A stretch of DNA of 64,000 bases from Coniocarpon cinnabarinum (GCA_051942205.1 JAVECO010000047.1:1-64000); one strand, 5' to 3'. Positions 11,886 through 24,700 are shown, counted from the stretch's first letter. A program made the numbers and translations. The notes: generated by a model not told the origin, from the letters alone.

Positions 11886-12840
11886 ATGGAATCATCCGTG
11901 CAATCAGACGTCCAGGAGTGGACACCATGCCACGCATGTCTCGAAGTTCTTCGAAGATCAGAACTGATGAAGTGGCCATGCAGGGGCAAACACAAGTATT
12001 GCCGCCCATGTGTGGTCACGTTCTGCAACGTCACCGGCAAAGGCATTCGTTCCTTGCCTCGCTGTTGCGGTGAGCCTTTGCCGATTGACATGATCCAACA
12101 ATTCACTGGCAGGGAGGTGGCAGACGTGATCAAGAAGAAGATGACCGAGATGAACACGCTCGATAAGACATATTGCTCGAGATCAGCGTGCTCGGCTTTC
12201 ATCCCTCCTAGCACCATCGAAAACGGCCAAGCGGTCTGCGAAACTTGCACACGGGTTACATGCGCTAAGTGTAAGAAGCAAGAGCATGGCAAAATGCCAT
12301 GTGCGCTGGATCGTGAAGAAATGGACCTGCGTCGCCTCAGTGTCGAGGAAGGTTGGCAGCTCTGTCAAGCATGCGGCACCCTCGTCAGCCGTACTAAAGG
12401 ATGTAATCATATCACGTAAGTCCGCTACAGTCGTCTTTCAGATCACTGGCCACTAACATGGACGCAGATGCCCTTGCGGCGCGCAATTCTGTTATGCGTG
12501 CTCTCAAAAGTGGACGTACAATCATCACTGCAAGAATGCAGAACGGAAGGCTGCTGCTGCCGCTCTCGGGGCCGGTTTTGTATCAGAACAAGATCCGTCG
12601 CAACAGCCCAAACAGAAGCAGGTTAATGCTCGCCAGAGCGGTCATGCCAACGCAACATCGTTGAGGCAAGACTGCGCTCATGACCGCCCATTCCGCGTAA
12701 CGCAGGGTACCGGACCATTCACCGCCTGCGAACAATGCCAGAAGACATGCCATGGTCGTGTTTTGCGGTGCAGAGACTGCAACATGTTGGTGTGCTATAG
12801 ATGCCGGAAAGATTTTGGACCGAAACAAAGAAAGAGCTGA
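11886..12840 (+). CDS. RBR/IBR-domain E3 ubiquitin ligase-like protein; exons 11886-12415, 12468-12840
   Basis: RING1 CHAC..HKYCRPC..PRCC, IBR YCSRSACSAFI..CETC..CAKC..H..C, RING2 CQAC..GCNHIT|CPCGAQFCYAC across a GTAAGT..CTAAC..CAG intron, plus an extra C-terminal Cys cluster. Confidence 0.85.
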
Positions 12841-13910
12841 TCGAGGAACCCTCAGCCAGTTTTGCAAGGATCACCCTAGTCAATTATTGAAGCCACAGAC
12901 AGAGAAGGAAAAGTCTACAGCGCCTTTACGTCACTAGAAGCGCCCTCACCACCAGCGGCTTCACCAGCAAGAGCGCCACCATCTACTAGTATAACCGCCA
13001 CCATCTACCAGACAGTACAACAAGGTGCTATTAAGAGAAAAGTAGCGCGGAAAGCGCTCTGATTAGTTAAAGAAATGTGCATATTAGCAGTCGGTACTGA
13101 TGAACTGGTAGATAGTGGCGATTAGTACCCCGTGTGCAACAGATGAATCTCCCATATCGTTGACGTGACCTTGAGCGTTCCATTTCTATCGACACATACC
13201 CGCCGGCGAGATGAGTTTTTGGCGTTTGGAAAGACGTGGCTCCGCGTTTAGCATATCCCTCGGTCACTCAGCTACACCCTGCACCTCAATTAATCTATTT
13301 ATTCCCGGTGATTCATTCCCAATGATGAGATCATCTGACCCGAAGCTGCAAATTCTTGGCGAGTACTAATCTAAAGGAGCTGCCGCTTCTCAGTATAGAC
13401 CACACTGGCATCTCGCCAAATTCATCATAGTTGCCACAGGTGTGAGAGCTCCGCAATGTGCTTTAACCCTCGCCATTGAGAACGACCGCGAACATACCCG
13501 TTAGACTGGCGGTGCCACGAATACTCACACCGAAACCAATACTTATTTGATGACTTCTTACGTGGCCGTTGCTTCGTCTCTTTGCCACACAGAGACCGTC
13601 TTTCGTGGCGAGTTTGTGGACGGGGCTGCAGGCCTGGGTATAAATATGACAGGAGATTCATACGTTGGTAAATTTCCTGCGATCGACTAGACGCTCAGAC
13701 CCTTGAAGCAGGAAGTGTCGATCGCAACTTCTCCGTTCGTACAAGATAAATGCTGCCCCGTACACCAATAATTACTTTTTCATCTTCTACTTATGACTGG
13801 ATTCTCCTGAAATAGTTCTTTCCTTAGAAAAGCACTCCATATACCCACATCTCTTATACTCGCTCTCTTTGCGTCCTCTTCAGCCTAAAACAACACCCTT
13901 CTCTCTCCAC

Positions 13911-14708
13911 ATGGCACCTGAATATGGCAGTTCCTTGTACTGGGAGGAGCGGTTCAAGTCTGACCCTTCTGCATTCGAGTGGCTCGTTAAGCCCGACTAC
14001 TTTCATGAGCCAGTCATGACCGCGCTACAATCTTCACCAGTCAAACAACCAAAGGTCCTGCACATTGGTTGTGGTAGTTCGGAGCTTTCGTATCACCTCC
14101 GCTACCTCGTTGATCACCCGAGTCAAGTTCACAATGTCGACTTCTCCGGCGAGGCAGTCGCCATTGGCCGCAAGCATGACGACGAAAAGGCGCCAATGCA
14201 TTGGAAAGCAGTCGACTTGCTGGATCATGAGCATATACATGGACTTCGTGGCGACATATCCAACGAGAAATTGTTCGGGCTCGTTGTGGACAAGGGCACG
14301 GCTGATTCTGTTGCTTGCGGGTACCCGAGGTCTATCAGTGCGCATCACTTCGAGCTCGTTAGAACGATCACGGAGCAGAAAACAAGTGACTCGAATGGGG
14401 AGAATGGGACCATGAGCTCGAAATTGTCGCCCGAGACGATGCTCGCTTTACACCTCGCGCATTTGACTCAGGCAGGCAGTCACTGGGTCTGCGTTTCATT
14501 CTCAGCGAGCCGATTTGACTTCCTGCATGAGCTGCACACTGTCCAATCTCCAGGTGATGGCAAGGCCATTTCGTTCCGTGTCAGCGAGCTATGGCGTCTT
14601 GAGAAACGCGTACCAATAGAGGTCGAGCAGGATGTTAAGAACGAACGCGATCATCCCGTGCATCGCCCCAAGATAGAGTACTGGCTGTACATTCTCATAC
14701 GAAAGTGA
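13911..14708 (+). CDS. SAM-dependent methyltransferase (EEF1A-KMT4/METTL13-like class I)
   Basis: YGSSLYWEERF..FEW, motif I VLHIGCGSSEL, NVDFS, VVDKGTADSV, CVSFSASRF. Confidence 0.8.
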   Translation: MAPEYGSSLYWEERFKSDPSAFEWLVKPDYFHEPVMTALQSSPVKQPKVLHIGCGSSELSYHLRYLVDHPSQVHNVDFSGEAVAIGRKHDDEKAPMHWKAVDLLDHEHIHGLRGDISNEKLFGLVVDKGTADSVACGYPRSISAHHFELVRTITEQKTSDSNGENGTMSSKLSPETMLALHLAHLTQAGSHWVCVSFSASRFDFLHELHTVQSPGDGKAISFRVSELWRLEKRVPIEVEQDVKNERDHPVHRPKIEYWLYILIRK

Positions 14709-15210
14709 TGAAAAAACCTGCTGGAAATTATCTAGGACAGACTGAACAGCTCTGCGAAGTTCAAGACTGACGCCTCCAAAGCCGCCTGGTTCTACACCTT
14801 ACAAGTTGTGCGCGACTTATCAGTGACATTGGAATGGAGGAATGTAGCCAAGTGTTGATAGAAGACGCGGCGCTTGCGGTAGCAGAAGACCGCGCTTGCT
14901 TCAGAAGAAATCTCTGGTTACCAGCTGCTACAGTGCTCTTCCGAAGGCTTCTTTAGAAGACTCAACTGACGTAACTCCGCGCTAGGAATTTGGGAAGCTG
15001 CATTGTCGCTCGTCGCCACTTCTCCTGAGAGGCGCCCGCAAATGGCGATATATTAGGCATAGCACGGCCCAGAACACCCGCATTGTCTCATAATTGATTC
15101 GGATTTCAAGTATTATTTCCAAAGATTGTCGTAAGTGCAAGCTAACTCACCAACGAGCTGTGACCCGCCTGGCAACTGCGACTTGTATATTCTCGGTCCA
15201 TGTGTTGCTC

Positions 15211-15861
15211 ATGGCGAGTGAAGAAGCTTGTTGCTTCCCTACGGAACTTCGAATGATGATTGTTGAGGAGGTCTTTAATAGGGAGAACAATGTCACATCG
15301 AAGACTGCTTACCTCCACAATCCCGCAATAGCGCTGTGTGCGCGAGTGCAGAACCTCAAGTTGGCGCTACAGCTTCAGAACTCAGTCGTGTGTTCGCGTT
15401 CGCTGCTAGCATGGCTTGTGGTCCGTTTACACCACCTTCGCGTTGGGATCCAGCATCAATCACGCTCCTCGCGCTGGCCAAATCCCAGAAACCAGTTGCG
15501 GCAGATGTGGCGAAACATCAATCCGGGAATAGGAGTCTTGATCATACGAGGTCATACAGCTGTCTTTGGTGCACGTCCTGAGACTACGATACAAATTTTA
15601 CTTCCTGTTGCAGATGCCGCTGAAGCTCTGTTGAAAGCTGCTCATGTAATCTCAATGGCTTTGCAATTGGACGGCATAGGGTGCGGGATTTATCTGGAAA
15701 AGCTCTCAATACTCACTTCAAGCTCTGCAAAGCTGTTAAAAGACATTCCATTGGCACTGAGGAGGATATGTTTGCTTATGCAAGAAAGCATGCAATCGAT
15801 TATGCGCGACGTCGCACAGACAGTTGAAGATGACTGGATCCCAGCAGCCTTACTTCCCTAG
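15211..15861 (+). CDS. Hypothetical protein with a weak F-box-like start (FPTELRMMIVEEV)
   Basis: 216-aa ORF from ATG 15211; no other recognisable motif. Confidence 0.4.
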   Translation: MASEEACCFPTELRMMIVEEVFNRENNVTSKTAYLHNPAIALCARVQNLKLALQLQNSVVCSRSLLAWLVVRLHHLRVGIQHQSRSSRWPNPRNQLRQMWRNINPGIGVLIIRGHTAVFGARPETTIQILLPVADAAEALLKAAHVISMALQLDGIGCGIYLEKLSILTSSSAKLLKDIPLALRRICLLMQESMQSIMRDVAQTVEDDWIPAALLP

Positions 15862-16731
15862 ACTTGTTATCAGTCCTTGTCGGTAAGTGGCTTTACCAGG
15901 CGTGTGGAGCTTTCGTCCAAGCGGTGCTGATACACTCAGGTTGTGTGAGGACTCGAATTAGTCCCCATCTACGATGTATTTTGTCAAGACGACAATCTCG
16001 TTGGGTTGGTTGGTGCTGGTGTCTCAGGCGTGGACGAATGGCATAGCCATACAGTTTGTGTGAAGGCTGTCAGCGCATAGTACCACCTGTATTACTACTC
16101 GGCTAGTCTAGCCTCTTCCTCGGCATGTACCATTGTACAAAACAACAGGACGACACCAAAGGTCAAAGGTGCGGCGAAAAGGCCGCACACAACGCGTCTT
16201 GCGAGAGTTCTTTGTTCTTCTTCCATTGTTTGCCCGGCCGCTCTTAAACCCGAAGCCACCATTTCAGGGGTCGTAGGGCTCAAAGACGTGACGAGATGTC
16301 CAAATGACGGACTCGATATGTCTCGCGGCAACGGTGCAAGACCCAGTCTGAAGTCTGATACTGGACGTCGAGACAGAGAGGAGGCTGGCCGCTTTCGTGT
16401 CGCCTGGAACTTCAACAAACGCCACGAAAGGGCGGTTGCTGGGCGCAGACTACCCGCTAAATGCATGCTTCTATTTCACATTTGCCGGGCGAATTGTTCT
16501 AAGCTTGAGATCGCGGAGTACATTATCGATGAGAGCACGGACATTTTTGCCGGAAGAGATTCTTGGCATTAGATTTCTGCTTAGTCAGCGTATCCGCACA
16601 AACAAGCCAAACCCGCATCTTGACATTGCCAACTTCGTGAATTTGTCCACACACTTCATATCGTCGATCGGTTTCACAAGGTAACAGTTTCGCGAATAGA
16701 AGTTCCGCTTCACTTTGCTGATTAGCTATAG

Positions 16732-17438
16732 ATGGTCGCCGCACGCAAGCATGTGCCGATTGTGAAGAAACGTATGCAAACCTTCCCTACGCTTTCAGCT
16801 CCTCAACTCCCTTGCAAACGAATCGCATTATTCCGCAACCAAATCTTTAAAAGAACTGAAATCTCCTCCTCAAAGAAGTGCTTGAATCTGACACAGCGCG
16901 TAAACAGATAGGAAGAGCTGGTTCCGACACCAGAGCGATCGTTTCAAGTGTGTGCCATCAAACTGGAGGAAGCCAAAGGGGATCGACAATGCTGTGCGAA
17001 GAAGATTTAAGGGCCAGATGGCGATGCCAAAGGTGCGAACGCCTCCTCCAAGCCGTCAGACGACATTGCACGCGCCCTACGAGCTGGAGAACACCCGGGC
17101 ATTGTGCTGGACGTCAAAGTAGTTGTAAAACTAACAACTTCGCGTAATAGATCGGCTACGGCTCAAACAAGAAGACGCGGCACATGATGCCCTCGGGCCA
17201 CAAAGCGTTCCTCGTACACAATGTTCACGACCTGGACATGCTCCTCATGCACAACCGCACATTTGCCGCAGAGTAGGTCACACAATTACACTGGAGGAAG
17301 CTGTGTAGAAGATCTAACTAGACGGGCAGAATTGCACATTCAGTGTCATCGCGCAAAAGAGTGGAGATGTTATCTCGGGCGAAGCAGCTGGGGGTGAAGG
17401 TCACGAATCCCAACGCTAAGGTGACGACGGAGGCGTGA
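16732..17438 (+). CDS. RPL32: 60S ribosomal protein L32 (eL32); exons 16732-16771, 16908-17032, 17151-17272, 17330-17438
   Basis: Hand-spliced: [105 protein letters not shown]. All three introns are GT-AG and in phase. Confidence 0.95.
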
Positions 17439-18563
17439 TGGAGTGGCAATAGATGCAAATGAAAGTACCTTGGGCAGATGCGTGCGATAAGAGCGGCGAT
17501 GTGCTCAAAGAACAGTGCCTATCTTATCAGTATCGGTGGGATGTAGGCCAGGTACCTAGACTCGGCCAGCGCATGCAGCAGACGAGGTCAGACAGGCAAT
17601 CGAACCAGCGGTCACCGTGCACGTGCGTCCTCCTTGCCCTCCGCTTTGCTGCCGTCGACGTCTGCGCCTAAGTTGGCCTCGTCCTTTTGAATCGTCCAAT
17701 GGACTGCGGAAACCGTCTCTATCCGTCGCCATCCGTCGTCCCCCGGCGCTTGTGCAGGTTTGTCCGAGCCATTTGCCTGTGCAAACACACATGAACCGTG
17801 CCTCACTGGGGCGGGCGGGGATAGCGAGCCGGACTCAACAGTTGGGCGTGAGCAGTGAGCGTGGCGGTCGAAAGCGCCAGAAACACGCTAAAAAGTGGAA
17901 TCTTGGCGCGTGGCTCTGTCGTCTCGAGTGTCTGACTCTGTCCCTTCCCACACCGACTCCACCGAGTGTTTCCAATTTCTTCAAATCACTGCGCATTCTC
18001 GCCTGCACCGTGCTGTCCTCTTTCTTCGCCGTCCTGCCTCTACCTCCTCTCGTGCCTCGACTTTTCTCCTTCGCCCTGGATTCGCCATGCCTGCTACAAT
18101 AAGAACGCACCCTCCCGTTGTGGCGAGCTTGTTGCCCGATCGTTGAAGCAACAATCTTGAGCTCCGAAGCATTGTAAGCTGAGGAGAGGTGTAGCGACGC
18201 TAAAGAAGGTAATCTTATTGTCGTTCTCTCCTGAGTTGCTGGGATGGCGCCCAACCTTTACGTGGTCCTGCGGACTCTGGTTTCTCCTTCCGCTTGGATC
18301 AAGAACCGCAAGAGTCAAGACGACTCGATTGTCGTCCCAGGCCAACCTCTTGCTCGGACTGAGCATTGGAAATCTCCTGTCCCGGGTGTATACCGCTACT
18401 GGTGAGCCTTGAAAGTGCACAACCATGCGTAAAGGCAGAGTCACTGATTGTGCACGACAGTCTCGGGTCTGGTTGGTACCTCATACAACTTGATTCGGAC
18501 CCTTCACTACCCACAAAACCTGACCGTGTCGTGTACTGCGAGCCTCTGCATCGCAGCCTTCTC

Positions 18564-19130
18564 ATGAGCGAGTATCAGGAACGTTCTATTGAGGCACAGC
18601 TACCAAGCGGTGCAACGCCGACGTCCTCGCGCCCTGTCAGCCCAACAAGAATGCAAGCTTGCGACAGCCCAAACTCCAGTGAGCAACAGAGCCGTTCTAG
18701 CGAAGAAGAGAATCTTGTGCACTTCATCCTCCACGACGATGGTGTAACATGGTTGAACGACAGAGACGTGCATGGCGCTCCAACCAAAGGTCCGTGGCAG
18801 AGATTTTGTCTCGATGAGAAGACTGGGCAAATGCGCGTCATGCTAAAAGCCGATAACCCTGGCCACTCCCGTCAAGAAAGTGCTGCAGGCTCTGCTCATC
18901 GTAACGCAAGGACTCCACAAGACGAACAAATGGCCATGAGCATCAAGGCAATCTTGCCTGAACTGGATGATCGTCCCGCACAGTCGCCCTCGTTCCTTGG
19001 TCCGCGCAGCTTGGCAGGCAGCTCAAAAACAAGCAGACGCACCAGTATTGACAAAAGCCGGCCTGTCAGTCTGCGCATGCCATCTGATACGTCTGTCCAA
19101 AGGATCTATTTGGGCACGCCGGGCACTTGA
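18564..19130 (+). CDS. Hypothetical Ser/Pro-rich protein
   Basis: 188-aa ORF from ATG 18564, preceded by a long pyrimidine-rich putative 5' UTR; no family motif recognised. Confidence 0.4.
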   Translation: MSEYQERSIEAQLPSGATPTSSRPVSPTRMQACDSPNSSEQQSRSSEEENLVHFILHDDGVTWLNDRDVHGAPTKGPWQRFCLDEKTGQMRVMLKADNPGHSRQESAAGSAHRNARTPQDEQMAMSIKAILPELDDRPAQSPSFLGPRSLAGSSKTSRRTSIDKSRPVSLRMPSDTSVQRIYLGTPGT

Positions 19131-19494
19131 GAAAGTGATACTGTGAAGCGTGGCTTGGTCGTTCAGCGCGGTGTTGTCGAGGGTGGATGATAATTATATA
19201 GAGCTATAGCACAGGGTTAATGCCGTTACGCCTTTCAGGTTCCATGACCGGAACTTGCAAAAAGCCAAGTCAAATCTTGTTCTGAGCAGAAACGTGTTGA
19301 GATACCAGAGACGCAAACCCCTGAACCCCTTGCAATTCGTGGCTTTGCTTGGTGCCACGAATATTTCGGTCATGCTTGCACCGCTTCATGTTGAGTCCTG
19401 TCGCTCTAACTTTACTTATGTATTACTCTTTTCTCTTGCTTTAGCGTAGCTGATTAAATCTTCAATTCGGCAACGTCAAAAGTTGCTTGGAAAG

Positions 19495-21171
19495 ATGGCG
19501 TCATCGGATTCCAGAGCAACCCCAGCTCTCAAGCGAAAGCCAAAGGCTGTCACCCGACGCAGTGACAAGCAGCGTGCAGAAGACGAAGCAGCAGAGAAAA
19601 ATCGCCTGAAGGCAAAAGAGCAAGCGGCCCTCGACGAAGCCAGAAGAGAGTCTGACCAGCGGAAACTTCAATATGGTTTCTTTGAGCAGGATAGGTGGCG
19701 CGACAAAGGGCCAGCGAGAGGTTCAGGGTCGCGAGGTGGGAGAGGCGGTTTCATGGGAGATCGTGGTGTAGCTCAAGGACAGCTGAGTGGCGTTGGCTCC
19801 GGTGCTGGGCGGTTACAGGGTCATGGTCGGCGTCTAGCTGGCGAAAGGGCCCATGAAGGCCCCAGAGCCCCAAGAGGATCTCGCCAAGACCGTGAAACTA
19901 ACGCAGACGGCAATCAAAGGCCGAAACGGAGTGCTGGAGACTCTGGCCCACCAGCAGCTTCTTTGTCAGTTCAGCAGGCAAATAAGTCTTCAATATTTGT
20001 ATCACCGCTTCCGAAAGGCCAGACAGAGCTTTCAGCATCATCGTCCTTGACAGAAAGCTACCCACTAGTCAAGAAGGAAGAGATCAATGAAGACCCTAGT
20101 CTCAGTGATGATGCTGAGGTAATTGACTTGGAGGAGCTCAACCTTGCATCTAGCAATGAGGGGGCGCTGCTGCCCATCCCCGCGGGCAGACAAGACCATG
20201 TGGATCGACAGTTCTACATCAATACTGACTCAAGCGCGGCAGTTGCCGGAAACAAATCGCGGTCTGGCAAACGCGATGTAGACGTCGAAGACATGATCAA
20301 GATCGAGAGCGATGAAGAAGCTACCGCTACTCGCAAAGATGCAGCTGTGAAAAAGGAACCATCTAGTTCGCCTGAGTTGAACAAGCACCCAAAGCATCCA
20401 AAGCGCATTCCCCGACCGAAGACTCGCTCAGAACCTTCGGAGCTGACTGAAGAACAAAAGATCCAGCAGACCAATCGTTGTGTCCTTTTAGATGAACTCG
20501 GTCCTATAATAGCGTCATCTTCGGCACCTGAACCGACGCAGCCGGGTTCTGATACTGCTCATCAAGCAGCCCCATTCAATCCTCGCCAAGACACACTCTT
20601 TCTATTTCAGCTTCCACCACGGCTCCCAGCACTTCACCAACGTGGCGTCAAGGTCAAACCGGAGCCTGAAGACGAGGGAAACGAAGTGCCTGGACCTGTA
20701 TTACAGCCTCCACAGAAAGCCGAAGAGGACGAAATAGAGATCAAAGAAGAGGACGCAGGCGGTCTGCCACCTTCCACCGAGCAGACAGCCTCAACAGTCA
20801 ACACGGATTTGAAACCTGGCTACCTCGGCAAGATGCAAGTTTGGAAGTCAGGCAAGGTAACTCTCGACTGGGGTGGCGTACGTATGGTTGTACGAAAAGG
20901 ATACGACTCTAACTTTGCAGAAACGGTCGTGGGCATGAATGTGCGGCCGAAGGTGGCAGAGGAGCAAGGGATACCGGGAGAGTATACCGGCGCTGCGCAT
21001 TCCTTTGGGCAGGTCAGAGGCCGAATGGTTGTGACGCCCGACTATGGAGCCGCGCTTGGACTGGAGAAAGCGAAGAAGAAGAAAAGGCGCAAAAGTCGGC
21101 GAATGACGGATGACGCGATGGGCAGTGTTACGGTCAGTGGCCAACAGGAAGTCCCCTCAACAGCTGGCTGA
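19495..21171 (+). CDS. RPC53: RNA polymerase III subunit RPC4/C53 family
   Basis: N-terminal KRKPKAVTRRS, and a C-terminal RPC4 domain LFLFQLPP..GYLGKMQVWKSGKVTLDWGG..FGQVRGRMVVTPD. An additional upstream exon cannot be excluded. Confidence 0.82.
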   Translation: MASSDSRATPALKRKPKAVTRRSDKQRAEDEAAEKNRLKAKEQAALDEARRESDQRKLQYGFFEQDRWRDKGPARGSGSRGGRGGFMGDRGVAQGQLSGVGSGAGRLQGHGRRLAGERAHEGPRAPRGSRQDRETNADGNQRPKRSAGDSGPPAASLSVQQANKSSIFVSPLPKGQTELSASSSLTESYPLVKKEEINEDPSLSDDAEVIDLEELNLASSNEGALLPIPAGRQDHVDRQFYINTDSSAAVAGNKSRSGKRDVDVEDMIKIESDEEATATRKDAAVKKEPSSSPELNKHPKHPKRIPRPKTRSEPSELTEEQKIQQTNRCVLLDELGPIIASSSAPEPTQPGSDTAHQAAPFNPRQDTLFLFQLPPRLPALHQRGVKVKPEPEDEGNEVPGPVLQPPQKAEEDEIEIKEEDAGGLPPSTEQTASTVNTDLKPGYLGKMQVWKSGKVTLDWGGVRMVVRKGYDSNFAETVVGMNVRPKVAEEQGIPGEYTGAAHSFGQVRGRMVVTPDYGAALGLEKAKKKKRRKSRRMTDDAMGSVTVSGQQEVPSTAG

Positions 21172-21708
21172 GCGTATGGGACAGGGGGCGTTAACTGTCA
21201 GACAATTATCCCAGTCTAGCCATAGCAGCATAAGCCAAGCGCACATGCGCACGACGACGTCGGCAGTCTCCAAACCATTCAAGGTTCACTTATAAAGCAC
21301 ATCGATTTCCACGTGACTTATCACATAGATTCAAGCTAACTTCACCTAGCCTAGCGTATCTCAATCTATTTCCCTCATTCACTCGCTACCTATCTTACTC
21401 CCTGGACCAACGACAGCTTTGCGGAAATCTTTCTGCTGACCGCATAGTTGGGAGATACGCTCGTGCAACATAGTGAATAAGAATGCGTGCATGCAGGAAT
21501 TTCGATATTGGATGTCCTCTTGGCCGCGCTGCTAAGGCATCTTTGCAGCTGCTCAATGCGGCTAAGTTGAGGTGGTCGCCTGGAGGCTGGCTACGCCTCA
21601 TGCAATGACGATGAATACAGAGGCGACCAAGGGTCCAGCAGATGACTTTGAAAGGCATGTCAGGGGGTTGCGCCATTCGAGAGCCCTCAAAGTGAGGCTA
21701 CGAGCGTG

Positions 21709-24700
21709 ATGGACGGCCTAGGCGGTGCTGCAAGCGTCATTGCTGTTGTCGAAATTGCCGGCAGGATCACTAACGTCTGCTACACATATTTCGTTGCTGT
21801 TAAAGAGGCGAGAACAGACATTCAACGCCTGCAAGCCGAGTTGGTCTCTCTTCAGTCCATCCTAACCCGCCTTGCCGACGAAGGTGATGATCAGATTGAA
21901 AAGACTGCTTCCAAGACGCACGACTTTGATGATGCGACTCAGCAAGCGTTGTTGGCTTGTGGCACGGAGTTGCAGCAGCTTTTAAACCTCCTGCACCAAG
22001 CCAAAGGTGGTGCATCGAATGGCGGCTCTGCCAATGGCCAGATGCGCAGGTTTGGTCTGCGGGCTTTGCGATGGCCTCTCAGCAGCAAGCAGACTGACAA
22101 GTATTTGAATACAATTGCTAGCCACCGAGGAAATTTGACATTAGCAACAAATACTAGGACACTGTGAATATCTAATATACGCTCTGACGTTAGTTTTCTT
22201 GTCTGACCTGGCACAGGGAACAAACCAGCGCCGTCGCGAGGACTGCGTCAGAAATTAATTCGATGCTCTCTGCATTCAAGACAGACATCGAACACCAGCA
22301 CCTCCACTCGTGGTTGGCCCCTATCGATCCATCTGCCTACTTGGAAAAAGCTCTCGAAAAACGCGTCGTTCCTTCAAGCGGATCGTGGCTGCTTAATAGC
22401 AGTACATACCAGTCATGGCTGACCGCTCCAAGTTCTCTCTTTTAGCTACATGGTATTTCAGGCTCTGGTAAGACAGTTTTGAGTGCTGCTGCCATTGCTT
22501 CCTTGGCCAGCCTTATGAAGTCTCGGAAACAAACAGGTCTGGCCTACTTCTTCTTTGATGCAGGAAACCCCCTGAAGATCACTCCAACCGCCATGATCCG
22601 TTCAATACTTTGGCAATTGTACATGAGATCACCGACCTCGGGTGATGCGCTCACAGAGCTCCTCGCAGAATCGCGCGTCCAACAAACAGGTGCTTTGTCG
22701 CAGGCACTACTTCTAGAGGCGCTGAAGAGAGTAATGAGGGGCTCTGACATGAAGGTCATTGTTCTAGAGGCCATAAATGAAAGCCCAGATCAAGAGAAGC
22801 TCCTCGATATCGTTGGCAAAATACAGGAATGGCAGCTGCCCGGCCTGCACATTTTAGTGACCAGCACTGAAACCCCAATCATTGAGGAGAAATTAGTCGA
22901 ATACGCAACTCACCAGGAGCGCGTCGAAGGGACAGGTATTGATCAGGACATAGAAGATTTCATAAATTTCGAAACACTGAACAATCGACGTCTCCGCCGC
23001 TGGCCGTCCCCTATACAAGACGAGATAAGATCGGCCTTGATTGGTAATGCTTCGGGCATGTTTCGTTGGGTGCAGTGTCACGTTAAGGCTCTAGGGCGGT
23101 GCCTCAGCCCGAAGCATGTTCGTCAAACTTTGAGCGGCCTACCAAAAACACTTGCAAAGACCTATGAAAATATGTTGGCTCGTATCGAGCCGGAGCACCA
23201 AGACATAGCGCGGAAAATTCTTACTTGGCTTGTATACGCTTTACGTCCTCTGACCGCTGATGAGATAGCAGAAGTGACTGATATAAATGACGATGATCTA
23301 CAGTTTGACGAAGATGCTTGTATCATGGCAGTTGATATAGGGCTCATTTGTCCGGGTCTAATTGCTGTTGATCGCAAAAATACGACCAACCTGGAGCTGG
23401 CGCTCTCACAGCACAACAGAATCAGGCTGGCTCATTCTTCTGTCCGCGAATATTTACTCTCGCAAGACATCTGTCAGAGCAGCGCTTCGTTCTTTGCCAT
23501 TGGCAGGAAAGATGCGAATGTGCATCAAGACCTTGCTCTCAAGTGCATGGGTTACGTGAGGTCAATGCCCCTCACTTTCACCTCTGAACACTCATCACCT
23601 CTGCTATCTTATAGCGCCAGGTTTTGGATGACGCACGCGAGATTAGGCCAAATCCACTCAGTGGCGCCAGTTGCAGAAGATGTATTCACCGATTTTCTTA
23701 GAAGCCGGACGTTTGCTGACTTGATTCGCGTTTTCGATCCCGATGGTCAAAGTCCACGTGCTTTGGACGAACCTCTTAGTGACAGCGGTGCCCTGTACTA
23801 TGCATCCATGGGTGGTCTGCCGCTTTCAGTCCGCCATATGATAGAAAATGGCGTTCCGGTGAACACTCTTGAAGGAGATTTTGGCACGCCATTACACGCA
23901 GCCGTTTCCGAGCTTCACGAGGACATTGTTGCTTTGCTTCTCGCTGCAGGAGCTGACTGCAATGTCTCCTCGCCACAATCTGGTACACCCTTACAGTTAG
24001 CTGCTGCGAAAAATCATGAAGGCCTGGCACGTTCACTGCTTGCAAACGGCGCAAATCCAAACATCAGCCATCAAGGAGTCTTCGGTAGCGCCTTGCTTCT
24101 TGCAACTTATCATGGCAACGCGTCTATGATTAAGTTGCTTCTTGAAAATAATTTGAGATTGGAAATAGAAGGCTTGGGCCAGGGCAATGCATTACAACTA
24201 GCAGCGCTGAATGGCGACATTGGTGTTGTGACGTCTTTACTTGATGCAGGATTTCTGTCAACAGTATTGGACCATGGACGACGGCTTTAGCTGCGGTAAT
24301 GAACTGTCGACATAAAGAAGCGCAAGAAAAGATCATTAGAGCTCTGCTTGAGCATGGTGCTGATTCGAATATGAGGCTCTACTATCAGCAAGTGGAGGTA
24401 TTGAGAGCTGCTGTAGCGTCAGGTGACGCTGCGTCCGTGTCTGTGCTGCTGGAGTCTGGTCTCGGAAAATACACTAGATGGGACGCCCTTCAGGCTTGCG
24501 AAATTGTCGCAGAAGAGAATGGACATTGCGAAATCAAAGAAATACTCGCAAAGCACAATAGAAAAATGAGAGGGCACAAGCAGACTCTGGGTGAGACACT
24601 TGTTAGCTTTCGAGATTCTATTCAGAGCCAAGGAGACCTGACGCGAGAACATAATTTATTCAAAGCTCGTCTCCAGCATCAACAACAAATCGCGACCAAG

